Shown: positions 14,426 to 22,959 of the stretch, one piece after another
How the letters are laid out: every line of letters starts with the position of its first letter
Numbering within the stretch: the first letter of the stretch is position 1
Source of the DNA: Planctomycetota bacterium
Lineage (GTDB): Bacteria > Planctomycetota > PLA2 > JAEUHO01
Direction: 5' to 3'
Length of the DNA: 64,000 nucleotides
Assembly (NCBI GenBank): GCA_050248855.1
Contig: JBFWRP010000001.1
Span: forward strand, 32,001-96,000
Notes under the pieces: generated by a model
Databases searched by the model: none
Told to the model about the DNA's origin: nothing
Seen by the model: only the letters and a program-made list of their open reading frames with translations
Made by a program: the position numbers and the translations under genes

Positions 14426-16483
14426 ATGTCCGCCCTCACGCGCCTTGCCACGCTCCTCGCCGCCCTGGCGGGTGTAGGCGTGATCGTCTGGCTCGTCCTG
14501 CGGGGCACGCCGACGCTTCCGGAGATCCCCTCCGCGCCGCCGCCGTCCGAGATCGTCGTGCAGGACGAGCCCGACCTGCTGCCGGGCCGTCTGCCCACAC
14601 CCCGACAAGGGGGTGTCGTGTCGGGTCGCGTGATGGGGGAGGGCGCGCCCGTACCCGGCGCCCGCGTGTTGCTCGTCCGCTACAACGCGGGCGATCCTGC
14701 CGCCGTGCGGCGCTACCGCGAGCAGCTCGAGCGCGATGGGGTGCCGGATCCGACGTTGATCCCCACCGTGGGCGAGCACCTGCTCGCCGGGGAGACCCGC
14801 GCCGATCCCGAGGGGCGCTTTGCGATCTCCGCAGGTGGTGACGCCTACATCTCGCACATCGTCGCCTTCCACCCGGGCTGGTTCCCCGAGGTCGTGGACT
14901 TGCGGTTGATGCCGCGCGACGAGCGTGGCGACGTGCCGATGTTCGACGTCAACCTGGATCGGGCAGGCCGCCTGATCGGACACGTCGTGGACGGCGAGAC
15001 GCGCGAGCCCGTGCGCGGCGCCCGCGTGACCCTCTACCTCCAGCAGATCGCCCGCCCGGTCGCGGCCCCGGGTGAGGACGAGGTCGCCAGCGTGCGCGTC
15101 GGCTCCGAAGGCCCCGCCGTGCCGCGTTCGGCGATGGCCACGCTCGGCCGCTTCCTGCCGAAGATCCTCGGCGAGCGCGTCTGGGGCATTCCCGACACGG
15201 GGAGCGAAGGCCTCGAGCTGCTGACCAATGCGGACGGCAGGTTTGAGCTCGGCCCCTTGGGCCCCGATGTGCAGGTCGAGATCGTCGTCACGCACCCCGA
15301 GTACCAGTGGCTCGACCTGGACAACCCCGACGGCAAGACGCAGCCGGTGCGCACCGTCGTCCGACCCGGCGAGACCGTCGAGCGCGAGCTGCCTCTCAAG
15401 CGCGGCGGCGAGGTGGCCGGTCGCGTGATCGACAACGTGACGGGCAAGGGCATCCCCGGCGCGCTGATCGAGGTCGAGAGCATCTCCGCGTACTTCCGAC
15501 ATTGGTGGTACCGCCACAAGGCGCGCCGCGCCGTGACCGATGACGAGGGGCGCTTCCGCGTGGCGGGCCTGGCGATCGGCTCGCAGTCCGTCACGGCATC
15601 GCACGCCTCGTTCGGCCGCAAGCAGCTGCCCTCCGTGGAGCCCGGGGAGAAGAACCTCGTCATCGGTGTCGATCCGTTGGCGGGCCTGCGCGGCACGGTG
15701 ATCGGCGCAGGCGACCGTCCCCCCGGTGGGCGCGTGCAGCTGCACATGCAGCGCGTGGCCGAGGACGGCGGCACGTCGTCCTCGCGGGAACAGACGGCCG
15801 TCCTCGGCGCCGACAGCCGGTTCCTCGTCTCGCAGCTGGAGGCCGGGACCGTCAGGGTCTGGCTGCAGTTCGGTCGCCTGGCCTCGCTGCCCCAGACCGT
15901 CGAGCTCGAGCCGCACGGCGTGACGGACGTCGACTTCCGCCTGGGCGGTGGGGGCACCGTGGAGGCCGACGTGCGCGAAACGAGCGGTCGCATCGTCGAC
16001 CCGGCCACGCTGCGCCTCATCGCGGCCGACGACGCGACGAGCTCGACGCTCGGCACGTTCGTCACCCGCGAAGGGCGGTTGGACGCCGAGGGGGTCATGC
16101 CCGGGTCCTACCGCTTCGCGGTCGAGGCACCGGGGTTCGTGCGCGTCCTGAGCGAGCCGTTCGACGTGCAGGAGGACGAGGTCACGCGCGTGGAGCTGCC
16201 GCGCCTCGTGCGCCTCGGCGAGCTCATCGTCGGTCCCGTGCTCGATGGCGGCGGCCGGCCCTACGCCGGGCGCGACGGCCCGGTCATCGTCGAGGTGCGC
16301 GTCGGCGGCGAGGAGGCTGGCTGGACGCGGTTCATCGGCACGCTCGGGGCGCCGCGCGTGGTCCAGCCCGGGCCCGTGGCGGTCCGGGCCCGCGTCGAGG
16401 GCTCGGAGCTGGTCGCGGAGAACCAGGGCGTGGTGGCCAGCGGCGGCAGCCTGCGCCTCGAGTTGCGCCTGCGCGCCCCGTAG
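14426..16483 (+). CDS. Membrane-anchored protein with repeated carboxypeptidase-regulatory-like beta domains
   Basis: N-terminal TM helix; repeats of GRV..G.PVPGARV and T..dGRF; start set at ATG 14426. Confidence 0.75.
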   Translation: MSALTRLATLLAALAGVGVIVWLVLRGTPTLPEIPSAPPPSEIVVQDEPDLLPGRLPTPRQGGVVSGRVMGEGAPVPGARVLLVRYNAGDPAAVRRYREQLERDGVPDPTLIPTVGEHLLAGETRADPEGRFAISAGGDAYISHIVAFHPGWFPEVVDLRLMPRDERGDVPMFDVNLDRAGRLIGHVVDGETREPVRGARVTLYLQQIARPVAAPGEDEVASVRVGSEGPAVPRSAMATLGRFLPKILGERVWGIPDTGSEGLELLTNADGRFELGPLGPDVQVEIVVTHPEYQWLDLDNPDGKTQPVRTVVRPGETVERELPLKRGGEVAGRVIDNVTGKGIPGALIEVESISAYFRHWWYRHKARRAVTDDEGRFRVAGLAIGSQSVTASHASFGRKQLPSVEPGEKNLVIGVDPLAGLRGTVIGAGDRPPGGRVQLHMQRVAEDGGTSSSREQTAVLGADSRFLVSQLEAGTVRVWLQFGRLASLPQTVELEPHGVTDVDFRLGGGGTVEADVRETSGRIVDPATLRLIAADDATSSTLGTFVTREGRLDAEGVMPGSYRFAVEAPGFVRVLSEPFDVQEDEVTRVELPRLVRLGELIVGPVLDGGGRPYAGRDGPVIVEVRVGGEEAGWTRFIGTLGAPRVVQPGPVAVRARVEGSELVAENQGVVASGGSLRLELRLRAP

Positions 16484-16716
16484 CCGTCGACACCGGCGCG
16501 GCACGTCCTGACGGCCACGGCCCGCGGTCGCCAGACGCTGCCTCCGGCACTGGGCCCGCGGGGGGCGTCCGGTGGTGGGTGCCAGCGGGATCGCGGCCAT
16601 GGCGCTGCGATCGGGATCTCCGGGTCGCCGCGGCGGAGGGCCGGGCATCGGGCGAGCCGGGCGCCGGACCCGGTTCTGGGTAGGTCGCCACGCCGGCCGT
16701 CCCTACCCTTCTGCGG

Positions 16717-17043
16717 ATGAGTGCTCCCACGCCCCCGGACCCCGCCGGGTCCCCCTCGGAGAAGGCGAGCGACGCGTCGATGGACCGTCGCGTCCGCGTG
16801 GACCGCCGAGGCGGGGAGCGGCGGCGAACGGACGTGCCCGTCCCCGTCGAGCGACGCAGCGGCAAGGACCGCCGCGTCGCGGAGCGCCGCAAGCGCAGCA
16901 TCAACCAGTACGACCTCGAAGCCGAGACCCTGGAGTTCATCCGGGCCATCAACGGCTTCAAGGAGCGGACCGGCCGGGCGTTCCCCACGTGGAGCGAAGT
17001 GCTGAAGATCCTGCGGGATCTCGGCTACGAGAAGCAGACCTGA
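16717..17043 (+). CDS. Small hypothetical protein with (D/E)RR repeats and FPTWSEVL motif
   Basis: Coding-like codon usage; C-terminal EFIRAI..FK..TGR.FPTWSEVL.IL..LGY resembles a Planctomycetota protein family. Confidence 0.8.
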   Translation: MSAPTPPDPAGSPSEKASDASMDRRVRVDRRGGERRRTDVPVPVERRSGKDRRVAERRKRSINQYDLEAETLEFIRAINGFKERTGRAFPTWSEVLKILRDLGYEKQT

Positions 17044-17116
17044 GCAGCCGCACGACGCCAGGACCCGAGGCGCGCCGTGCGTTCGGGTCGCGTCCTGCGC
17101 TCGGCGAGGAGGGACC

Positions 17117-18625
17117 ATGAAGGTCGAGGCATCGAGTGCAACCCTGGGTCGCGTCCGTGACGCCTGCGTGGTCCTCGTGGCCACCCAGGGCGAGGCGCTG
17201 GCCCCACGCGTCGGCTCCCTTGGCCCGGGCCTCAAGGCCTCCGTGGCGCGGTTGGTCGAACGCGGCGGCTTTGGCGGCAAGGGCGGCGAGGTGCGCTTGG
17301 TGCCCGCCGGTGCGCGCGACCACGTCGACCTGCTCGTGCTCGCCGGCGTCGGGCCCGCCAAGGGCGTGACGGCCGCCGCGCTCGCCGACGTCCTCGCCGA
17401 TGCGCTCAAGACGGCGCGCAGCGCGGGCGCGCCGTCGGCAACGGTGTCGCTGCCCGCAGGCCGCGTGGGCAAGCTCGGGGCGGCCGAGCAAGGCCGCGTC
17501 GTCGCGGAAGCCGCGTGGCTCGGGCTCTACCGCTTCGAGGCCTACAAGGAGAAGCCCAGCGAGCAGGTGCTCGACACCGTGACGGTCCTGGCGCCGCGCG
17601 GGGGCGCGACGGCGATGGCCAAAGGCGTGACCGTCGGGTCGATCCACGGCGAAGCGACGGCCTTCGCGCGCGATCTGGGCAACCACCCGGGCAACGTCGC
17701 GACGCCGACGTGGCTCGCCGAGCGCGCGCGCGAGCTGGCCGCCGCCGAGCCGACCCTCGAGCTCCGGGTCCACGACGAAGACGACATGCGCGCGATGGGC
17801 ATGGGGGCGTTGCTCGGCGTCAGCCAGGGCAGCCGCGAGCCCGCGCGCCTGATCGAGCTCACGTACACGCCCGCGGGCGTGCGGGGGCGCGTGCCGACGG
17901 TCTGCCTCGTGGGGAAGGGCCTCACGTTCGACGCCGGCGGCATCTCGATCAAGCCCGCCGCCAAGATGGAGGACATGAAGTTCGACATGTGCGGTGGGGC
18001 CGCCGTGCTCGGTGCGATGAAGGCGATCGCCCGGCGTGCGCCGCGCATCCGCGTCGTCGGGCTCGTCCCCGCCTCCGAGAACCTCGTGGACGGCGCCTCG
18101 TACAAGCCGGGCGACATCCTGCGCGCCATGGACGGCACCACGATCGAGATCCGCAACACGGACGCCGAGGGGCGCCTGCTCCTCGCCGACGCGCTGGGCT
18201 ACGCCACGCGCAAGCTCAAGCCCAAGCCGTCGGCCGTCATCGACCTGGCGACCCTCACCGGAGCGTGCGTCGTCGCCCTTGGCGACCACCACGCGGCGCT
18301 CGTGAGCAACGACGAGAAGCTGGCCGGGCGCCTGCTCGACGCCTCGGAGAGCAGCGGCGACGTGCTCTGGCGGATGCCCCTGGTCCCGGGCCACACCAAG
18401 CAGCTGGCCAGCCCCTACGCGGACCTGAGCAACCTCGGGTCGCCCGGCGCGGGCACGCTGACCGCTGCGGCCTTCCTGTCGCATTTCGCGCACAAGGTGC
18501 CGTGGGCCCACCTCGACATCGCCGGGATGGCGTGGACCGAGAAGGCGGCGGGGGTGTACTCCAAGGGAGGCACCGGGTTTGGTGTCCGCGTGCTGAGCGA
18601 CCTCGTCGCCGACTGGCGCGCCTGA
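17117..18625 (+). CDS. pepA: Leucyl aminopeptidase (M17)
   Basis: GKGLTFDAGG, MKFDMCG, NTDAEGRLLLAD, WAHLDIAG. Confidence 0.96.
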   Translation: MKVEASSATLGRVRDACVVLVATQGEALAPRVGSLGPGLKASVARLVERGGFGGKGGEVRLVPAGARDHVDLLVLAGVGPAKGVTAAALADVLADALKTARSAGAPSATVSLPAGRVGKLGAAEQGRVVAEAAWLGLYRFEAYKEKPSEQVLDTVTVLAPRGGATAMAKGVTVGSIHGEATAFARDLGNHPGNVATPTWLAERARELAAAEPTLELRVHDEDDMRAMGMGALLGVSQGSREPARLIELTYTPAGVRGRVPTVCLVGKGLTFDAGGISIKPAAKMEDMKFDMCGGAAVLGAMKAIARRAPRIRVVGLVPASENLVDGASYKPGDILRAMDGTTIEIRNTDAEGRLLLADALGYATRKLKPKPSAVIDLATLTGACVVALGDHHAALVSNDEKLAGRLLDASESSGDVLWRMPLVPGHTKQLASPYADLSNLGSPGAGTLTAAAFLSHFAHKVPWAHLDIAGMAWTEKAAGVYSKGGTGFGVRVLSDLVADWRA

Positions 18626-18710
18626 ACCGAGCGGAACTCCCAACACCTTGTCGGACAACGACTTGGAGTCGAGGGGCCGCCGTGGGCCCCCGCGGTTAGA
18701 CTCCACGGCC

Positions 18711-20168
18711 ATGAACGGCGACGGGGCCCGGAAGACGGCTCCGGACGGGGCGACCGCCGCCGTCCACGCCACCGCCGCCGCTTCGGGTCAGCCGGTCGAC
18801 CCGGGGCGCGGCCGCGACGACGGGAAGCCGGACGGGGCCGGCACCCCGAGCGCCGGCACCCCGAGCAGCGGCGCCTCCAGCAAGAGCGCCTCGGCCTCCA
18901 GGAACGGCGCCGCGGACGCCGGCAGCCAGGGCGTCGGCATCCCTCCGGGCGGTAGCGGCACCCCTCCGGGAGGTAGCGGCGCCCCGGGTGGCGGTTCGCA
19001 TGGCAACGGGACCCCGGGCGGCCAGCACGAAGCCGGCGGCGACCCGCCCGTCGCGCCGGGCGTCCGCAACCTGCGTCGCCTGCTCGAGGTGGCGCGCGGC
19101 GCCCGGCGCCCGCTCATCCACCTGCAGCACAACCCTGACCCGGATGCCCTGGCCAGCGCGGAGGCCCTGCGCTACCTGCTCCATCGGCTGCTCGGCGTCG
19201 ACAGCGTCCTGGCCTACACCGGCCGTGTCTCACGCGCCGAGAACCGGGCCATGCTGCGGCACCTGCAGATCCGCATCCGCCCGAGCTTCCACGTGCGCTA
19301 CGCCGACCACGACCTGCTCCTGGTCGTCGACACGCACCCCGGGTCGGGGACGTGCAAGATCCCCGGCGATCGCGTCCCCGATGTCGTCGTGGACCACCAC
19401 CCGTCGCGCGGCGACTTGAGCAACGTGCGGTTCCTCTACTTCGACCCACACTTCGGCAGCACGAGCACCATGGTGGGGGCGCTGCTCGTGGAGAACGGCA
19501 TCCCCTTCGATGCGCGCCTCGCGACGGCCCTGACGTACGGCATCCGTACCGACACGATGGATCTCGCACGGAGCGCCGGCGAGCACGACGAACGCATCTA
19601 CCGCGAGGTGTACGGTCGCGCCGACAAGCAGGTCCTGGCGCGCATCGTCGGAGCGCGCGTGCCGCAGGAGTACTTCGTCCAGCTCGAGCGCGCCCTGCGG
19701 CGTGGCGAGGTGACCGACTTCGCCGTCACGACCTGGCTGGGTGCGATCGATCACGGTGACGTCGTCGCGGAGATCGCGGACCTCCTGCTGCGCATGGAGG
19801 GGATCCGCTGGGTGATGGTGGCTGGCCACACGCCCGAGCGCCTCGTCGCGTCGCTGCGCGCCTTCCGTGCCACGGACCCCGCGGCGGGCGACGTGGCCCA
19901 CGAGATCTCCGATGGACACGGTGGGGGGCACGACACCTTTGCCGCCATGCAGCGGCCCCTGCGTCGCGACGAGGACCCGTGGGCGGCGTACGGCGAGCTG
20001 CGCGACCGGTTCCTCGTCGCCGTCCGCGCCAAGAAGACGCTGACGAGGCCCCTGACCCTCCCGCCCGACGTGGTCACGCGCGAGGTGCCCCCGCCTTCAC
20101 CCTCCTCGAAGGGGCGTCGACGGCGGAAGACCGAGGCGCCGCGCGTCGAACCCGACGAGGCCGTGTAG
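18711..20168 (+). CDS. DHH-family phosphoesterase with long Gly/Pro-rich N-terminus
   Basis: HNPDPDALAS, VVDHHP, GIRTDT, GGGH; start set at ATG 18711. Confidence 0.88.
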   Translation: MNGDGARKTAPDGATAAVHATAAASGQPVDPGRGRDDGKPDGAGTPSAGTPSSGASSKSASASRNGAADAGSQGVGIPPGGSGTPPGGSGAPGGGSHGNGTPGGQHEAGGDPPVAPGVRNLRRLLEVARGARRPLIHLQHNPDPDALASAEALRYLLHRLLGVDSVLAYTGRVSRAENRAMLRHLQIRIRPSFHVRYADHDLLLVVDTHPGSGTCKIPGDRVPDVVVDHHPSRGDLSNVRFLYFDPHFGSTSTMVGALLVENGIPFDARLATALTYGIRTDTMDLARSAGEHDERIYREVYGRADKQVLARIVGARVPQEYFVQLERALRRGEVTDFAVTTWLGAIDHGDVVAEIADLLLRMEGIRWVMVAGHTPERLVASLRAFRATDPAAGDVAHEISDGHGGGHDTFAAMQRPLRRDEDPWAAYGELRDRFLVAVRAKKTLTRPLTLPPDVVTREVPPPSPSSKGRRRRKTEAPRVEPDEAV

Positions 20169-20178
20169 GACGGACTCC

Positions 20179-21795
20179 ATGACGTCGCTATCGCTCGGAC
20201 GCGCCCGGTGCTTGCGCACCGCTCTTTCTTTCCTCGGGCTCCTCGTCTTGGCCCTCCTCCTTGTCGGGCAGGTCGCCCCGGCGCGCGGCGACGAGGGGGC
20301 GGCGGGCGACGCTCCGACGTTGGCCTCGTTGACACCCTCCGTGCGGGCTGCGCTCAAGGACAAGGACCCGGGCCGGGCGCTGGACCTCCTGCGTCCGTGC
20401 GCCGACGTGAAGGCCCTGGACTTCGTGACCGAGGCCTTGGACCAGGCACGCAAGCAACGCATGGAGGTCGAGAAGAAGCAGGTCGGGCTGGAGGCCGAGT
20501 ACGAGAAGCTCATCGACGAAGGCCAACAGCTGCAGCGCGACCTGGAGATGAGCCAGCGCTCCGTGCGCGACATGGAGACCTTCAACAAGAAGGCGCGCAA
20601 GGTAGACTTCGCGCGCCAGCGGACGCTCGAGCAGCTGCGCTCCTTCGAGACCGAGTTCGCCCGCCTGCGCGGCATCGAGCAGCAGGCCGCCGGTGTGGCA
20701 GCCCAGATCCTCGCCCGACTTGACGAGGCCGGCATGGAGGCCGGCGTCCAGCGCTTGGCGAAGGAATGGCTGGGCTCCAAGGACGTGGACGAGCGCCTGC
20801 GCTACGTGCATGCGATCTGGGAGCTGCCGGCTCCGCTCGTGATGGGGCGTCTGCACGCGCTGCTCGACGACCCCGAGCAGCCCCACGCGCTGCGGGCCAC
20901 CGCCATGTCGGCGCTCGCCGCCCGCGGCGACGAGGCGCTCCTCGGCAAGGCCGTGACGTACTTGGCGCTTCCGCCCGAGAGCTTCGCCTTGACCACGGCG
21001 GCCCTGCGCGCGCTCCGGCGCATGCATCGCCGCGAGGCGATCGAGCCGCTCATGGACTTCCTGGCGCGCGACGACCTCGGTCGGCTGCGCGAAGACGCCC
21101 ACTTGTCGCTCCTGTCGCTGACGGGCCAGAAGCACGGCCCGTACGCCGAGCCGTGGAAGGCGTGGTGGCAGGACGCCAAGGCCACGTTCGAGATGCCGAA
21201 GGACCCGATCGAGCCCGGGCGCGTCGAAGGGCAGCAGAAGGGCGTCACGTTCTACGACATCCACACCTTCAGCGATCGCGTGCTGTTCATCGTCGACATC
21301 AGCGGCAGCATGGACAAGGTCGACGGCGACCCGAAGGGGCGCACCAAGTGGGAGGTCGCCCAGGAGCAGCTCGTCGGCGCCGTGCACGGCTTGGACAAGA
21401 GCGCCGTGTTCAACGTGGTGTTCTTCAACCATTCGATCGTGCGCTGGCAGCGCAAGGTCCAAGAGGCCACCGAGCCCACGAAGGACCAGCTCGAGAAGTG
21501 GGTCAAGGCCACGAGCGTGGTGGGGGGGACCAACATCCACGACGCGCTCGAAGCCGGGTTCGGCGTGGCCCAGCAGAGCACGGGCCGCCCCATCATCGAC
21601 ACCATCTTCTTCCTGACGGACGGCCGTCCGACGGCCGGCAAGATCCAGGATGGCGCCGCGATCCTCGCCCAGGTGCGCGAGTGGAACGCGGTGGCGCAGC
21701 TGCGCATCCACGCCATCGGCATCGGCGCCGAGCACGACGTCGACTTCATGAAGGAGCTCGCCCGGATCGGCGACGGCGAATACGTGGCGCGTTGA
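20179..21795 (+). CDS. Secreted coiled-coil/HEAT-repeat + VWA domain protein
   Basis: Signal peptide, coiled coil, HEAT-like helices, MIDAS motif DISGSM...GGT...FLTDG. Confidence 0.85.
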   Translation: MTSLSLGRARCLRTALSFLGLLVLALLLVGQVAPARGDEGAAGDAPTLASLTPSVRAALKDKDPGRALDLLRPCADVKALDFVTEALDQARKQRMEVEKKQVGLEAEYEKLIDEGQQLQRDLEMSQRSVRDMETFNKKARKVDFARQRTLEQLRSFETEFARLRGIEQQAAGVAAQILARLDEAGMEAGVQRLAKEWLGSKDVDERLRYVHAIWELPAPLVMGRLHALLDDPEQPHALRATAMSALAARGDEALLGKAVTYLALPPESFALTTAALRALRRMHRREAIEPLMDFLARDDLGRLREDAHLSLLSLTGQKHGPYAEPWKAWWQDAKATFEMPKDPIEPGRVEGQQKGVTFYDIHTFSDRVLFIVDISGSMDKVDGDPKGRTKWEVAQEQLVGAVHGLDKSAVFNVVFFNHSIVRWQRKVQEATEPTKDQLEKWVKATSVVGGTNIHDALEAGFGVAQQSTGRPIIDTIFFLTDGRPTAGKIQDGAAILAQVREWNAVAQLRIHAIGIGAEHDVDFMKELARIGDGEYVAR

Positions 21796-21820
21796 ACGCG
21801 GCCCGCCGCGCGGCCGACAA

Positions 21821-22140
21821 CGAGCCGGGTGAGATTCCTACTTCACGCTCGGGGGCGTGGCCGCGTCGTCGGCGGCACCCCAGCGTGAAGTTGGAATCTC
21901 ACCTGGCTCGGTACGCGAGCAACAGGGGTCTCGATCCACGTCCCGCCGCGCGCACCTCGTGGGCGGCACCCCAGCGTGAAGTTGGAATCTCACCTGGCTC
22001 GGTACGCGAGCAACAGGGACCTCGATCCACGTCCCGCCGCGCGCAGCTCATGGGCGGCACCCCAGCGTGAAGTTGGAATCTCACCTGGCTCGGTACGGGC
22101 TCGGTACGCGAGCAACAGGGGCCTCGATCCGCGCACCTCA
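21821..22140. repeat. Family B palindrome plus about three tandem 91-bp units
   Basis: 21821-21849 is the inverted copy of 21882-21910 (27/29). Units start at 21871, 21962 and 22053; units 1 and 2 differ at 4 of 91 positions. Confidence 0.92.
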
Positions 22141-22165
22141 CGGCCGGCTCCTGGGCCCCTTCGTA

Positions 22166-22193
22166 ACTTCTGATAATTCCTGTTATGTTGCGT
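22166..22193 (+). other. dif-like XerC/XerD recombination site
   Basis: ACTTCTGATAA-TTCCTG-TTATGTTGCGT: 11-6-11 layout with ATAA/TTATGT inner core, in a conspicuous AT-rich patch between convergent gene blocks. Confidence 0.65.
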
Positions 22194-22260
22194 TGTCTTG
22201 GGGCGAGGGCCCGGAAGGACGGGATTCGGAGGAAAACGGCCGGCCTCCCTGCCTTGGGGG

Positions 22261-22959
22261 TCAGGACACGCGGCGGCGCGGCACGCGGGTCAGGACGAGG
22301 CAAAGGACGCCCAACGCGGCCAGCGCGACCAAGGCGTGGTTCCAGGCCCGGGTGCTGGCCTCTTGGCCTGCCTGGCGCGCTTCCTCGGATGCCGCATCGA
22401 GCTCGGCGTCGTAGGCCCAGTCGACCTTCTCCAGGCCCATCCGGAGGGCAGCCAGGGTCGTGCCATCGGCGTGGGCTGGCGGGTCGCGCAAGACCCGGTT
22501 CAGCTCGGGCGCCGCAAGCCGTTCGGGCGTCGCGATCGAGGCGTCGAGCCGGCGTTGGCGATCCAGGACGAGGGCCGCCAAGATCGGCCAGGGATCGTCC
22601 TCGCCGGCCGCCGGCAACGGATGGGGGTCCTCGCCCCCTGCCGCCAGCCAGGCCCAGCGGCGCGCCATGACGTCACCCGTGACGTCGCCCTTCGGCAGGA
22701 CGGGCCTGTCCGTCGCGTCCGTCGGCCGCCACCAGCGATCGCGCAGCTCGAGCGCCCACGCCTCGACAGCGCCGGGCCCGGTCGGGAGCACGGAGTCCAT
22801 CTCCTCCCAGCGCCCCTCGGCGGCCAGGCGTTCGATGGCCGCACGCTGTCCGGCGCGGGCGGCCACCAGTGCCGCGTCCTCGCCGTCGTCGGCCCGCGCG
22901 CCCGCTGCGCCGAGGGCCAGTGCGAGGGCCAGTGCGATGCCCGACGCCACGCGCCTCAT
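22261..22959 (-). CDS. Hypothetical exported protein with C-terminal TM anchor
   Basis: ATG 22959 overlaps the upstream TGA; signal peptide MRRVASGIALALALALGAAGARA; C-terminal hydrophobic helix followed by an Arg-rich tail. Confidence 0.65.
   Translation of the reverse strand: MRRVASGIALALALALGAAGARADDGEDAALVAARAGQRAAIERLAAEGRWEEMDSVLPTGPGAVEAWALELRDRWWRPTDATDRPVLPKGDVTGDVMARRWAWLAAGGEDPHPLPAAGEDDPWPILAALVLDRQRRLDASIATPERLAAPELNRVLRDPPAHADGTTLAALRMGLEKVDWAYDAELDAASEEARQAGQEASTRAWNHALVALAALGVLCLVLTRVPRRRVS

Noticed and set aside
21871..22140. CRISPR array
   Set aside because: The would-be spacers are near-identical copies of each other, the period is 91 bp, and no cas genes are present. It is a tandem repeat.
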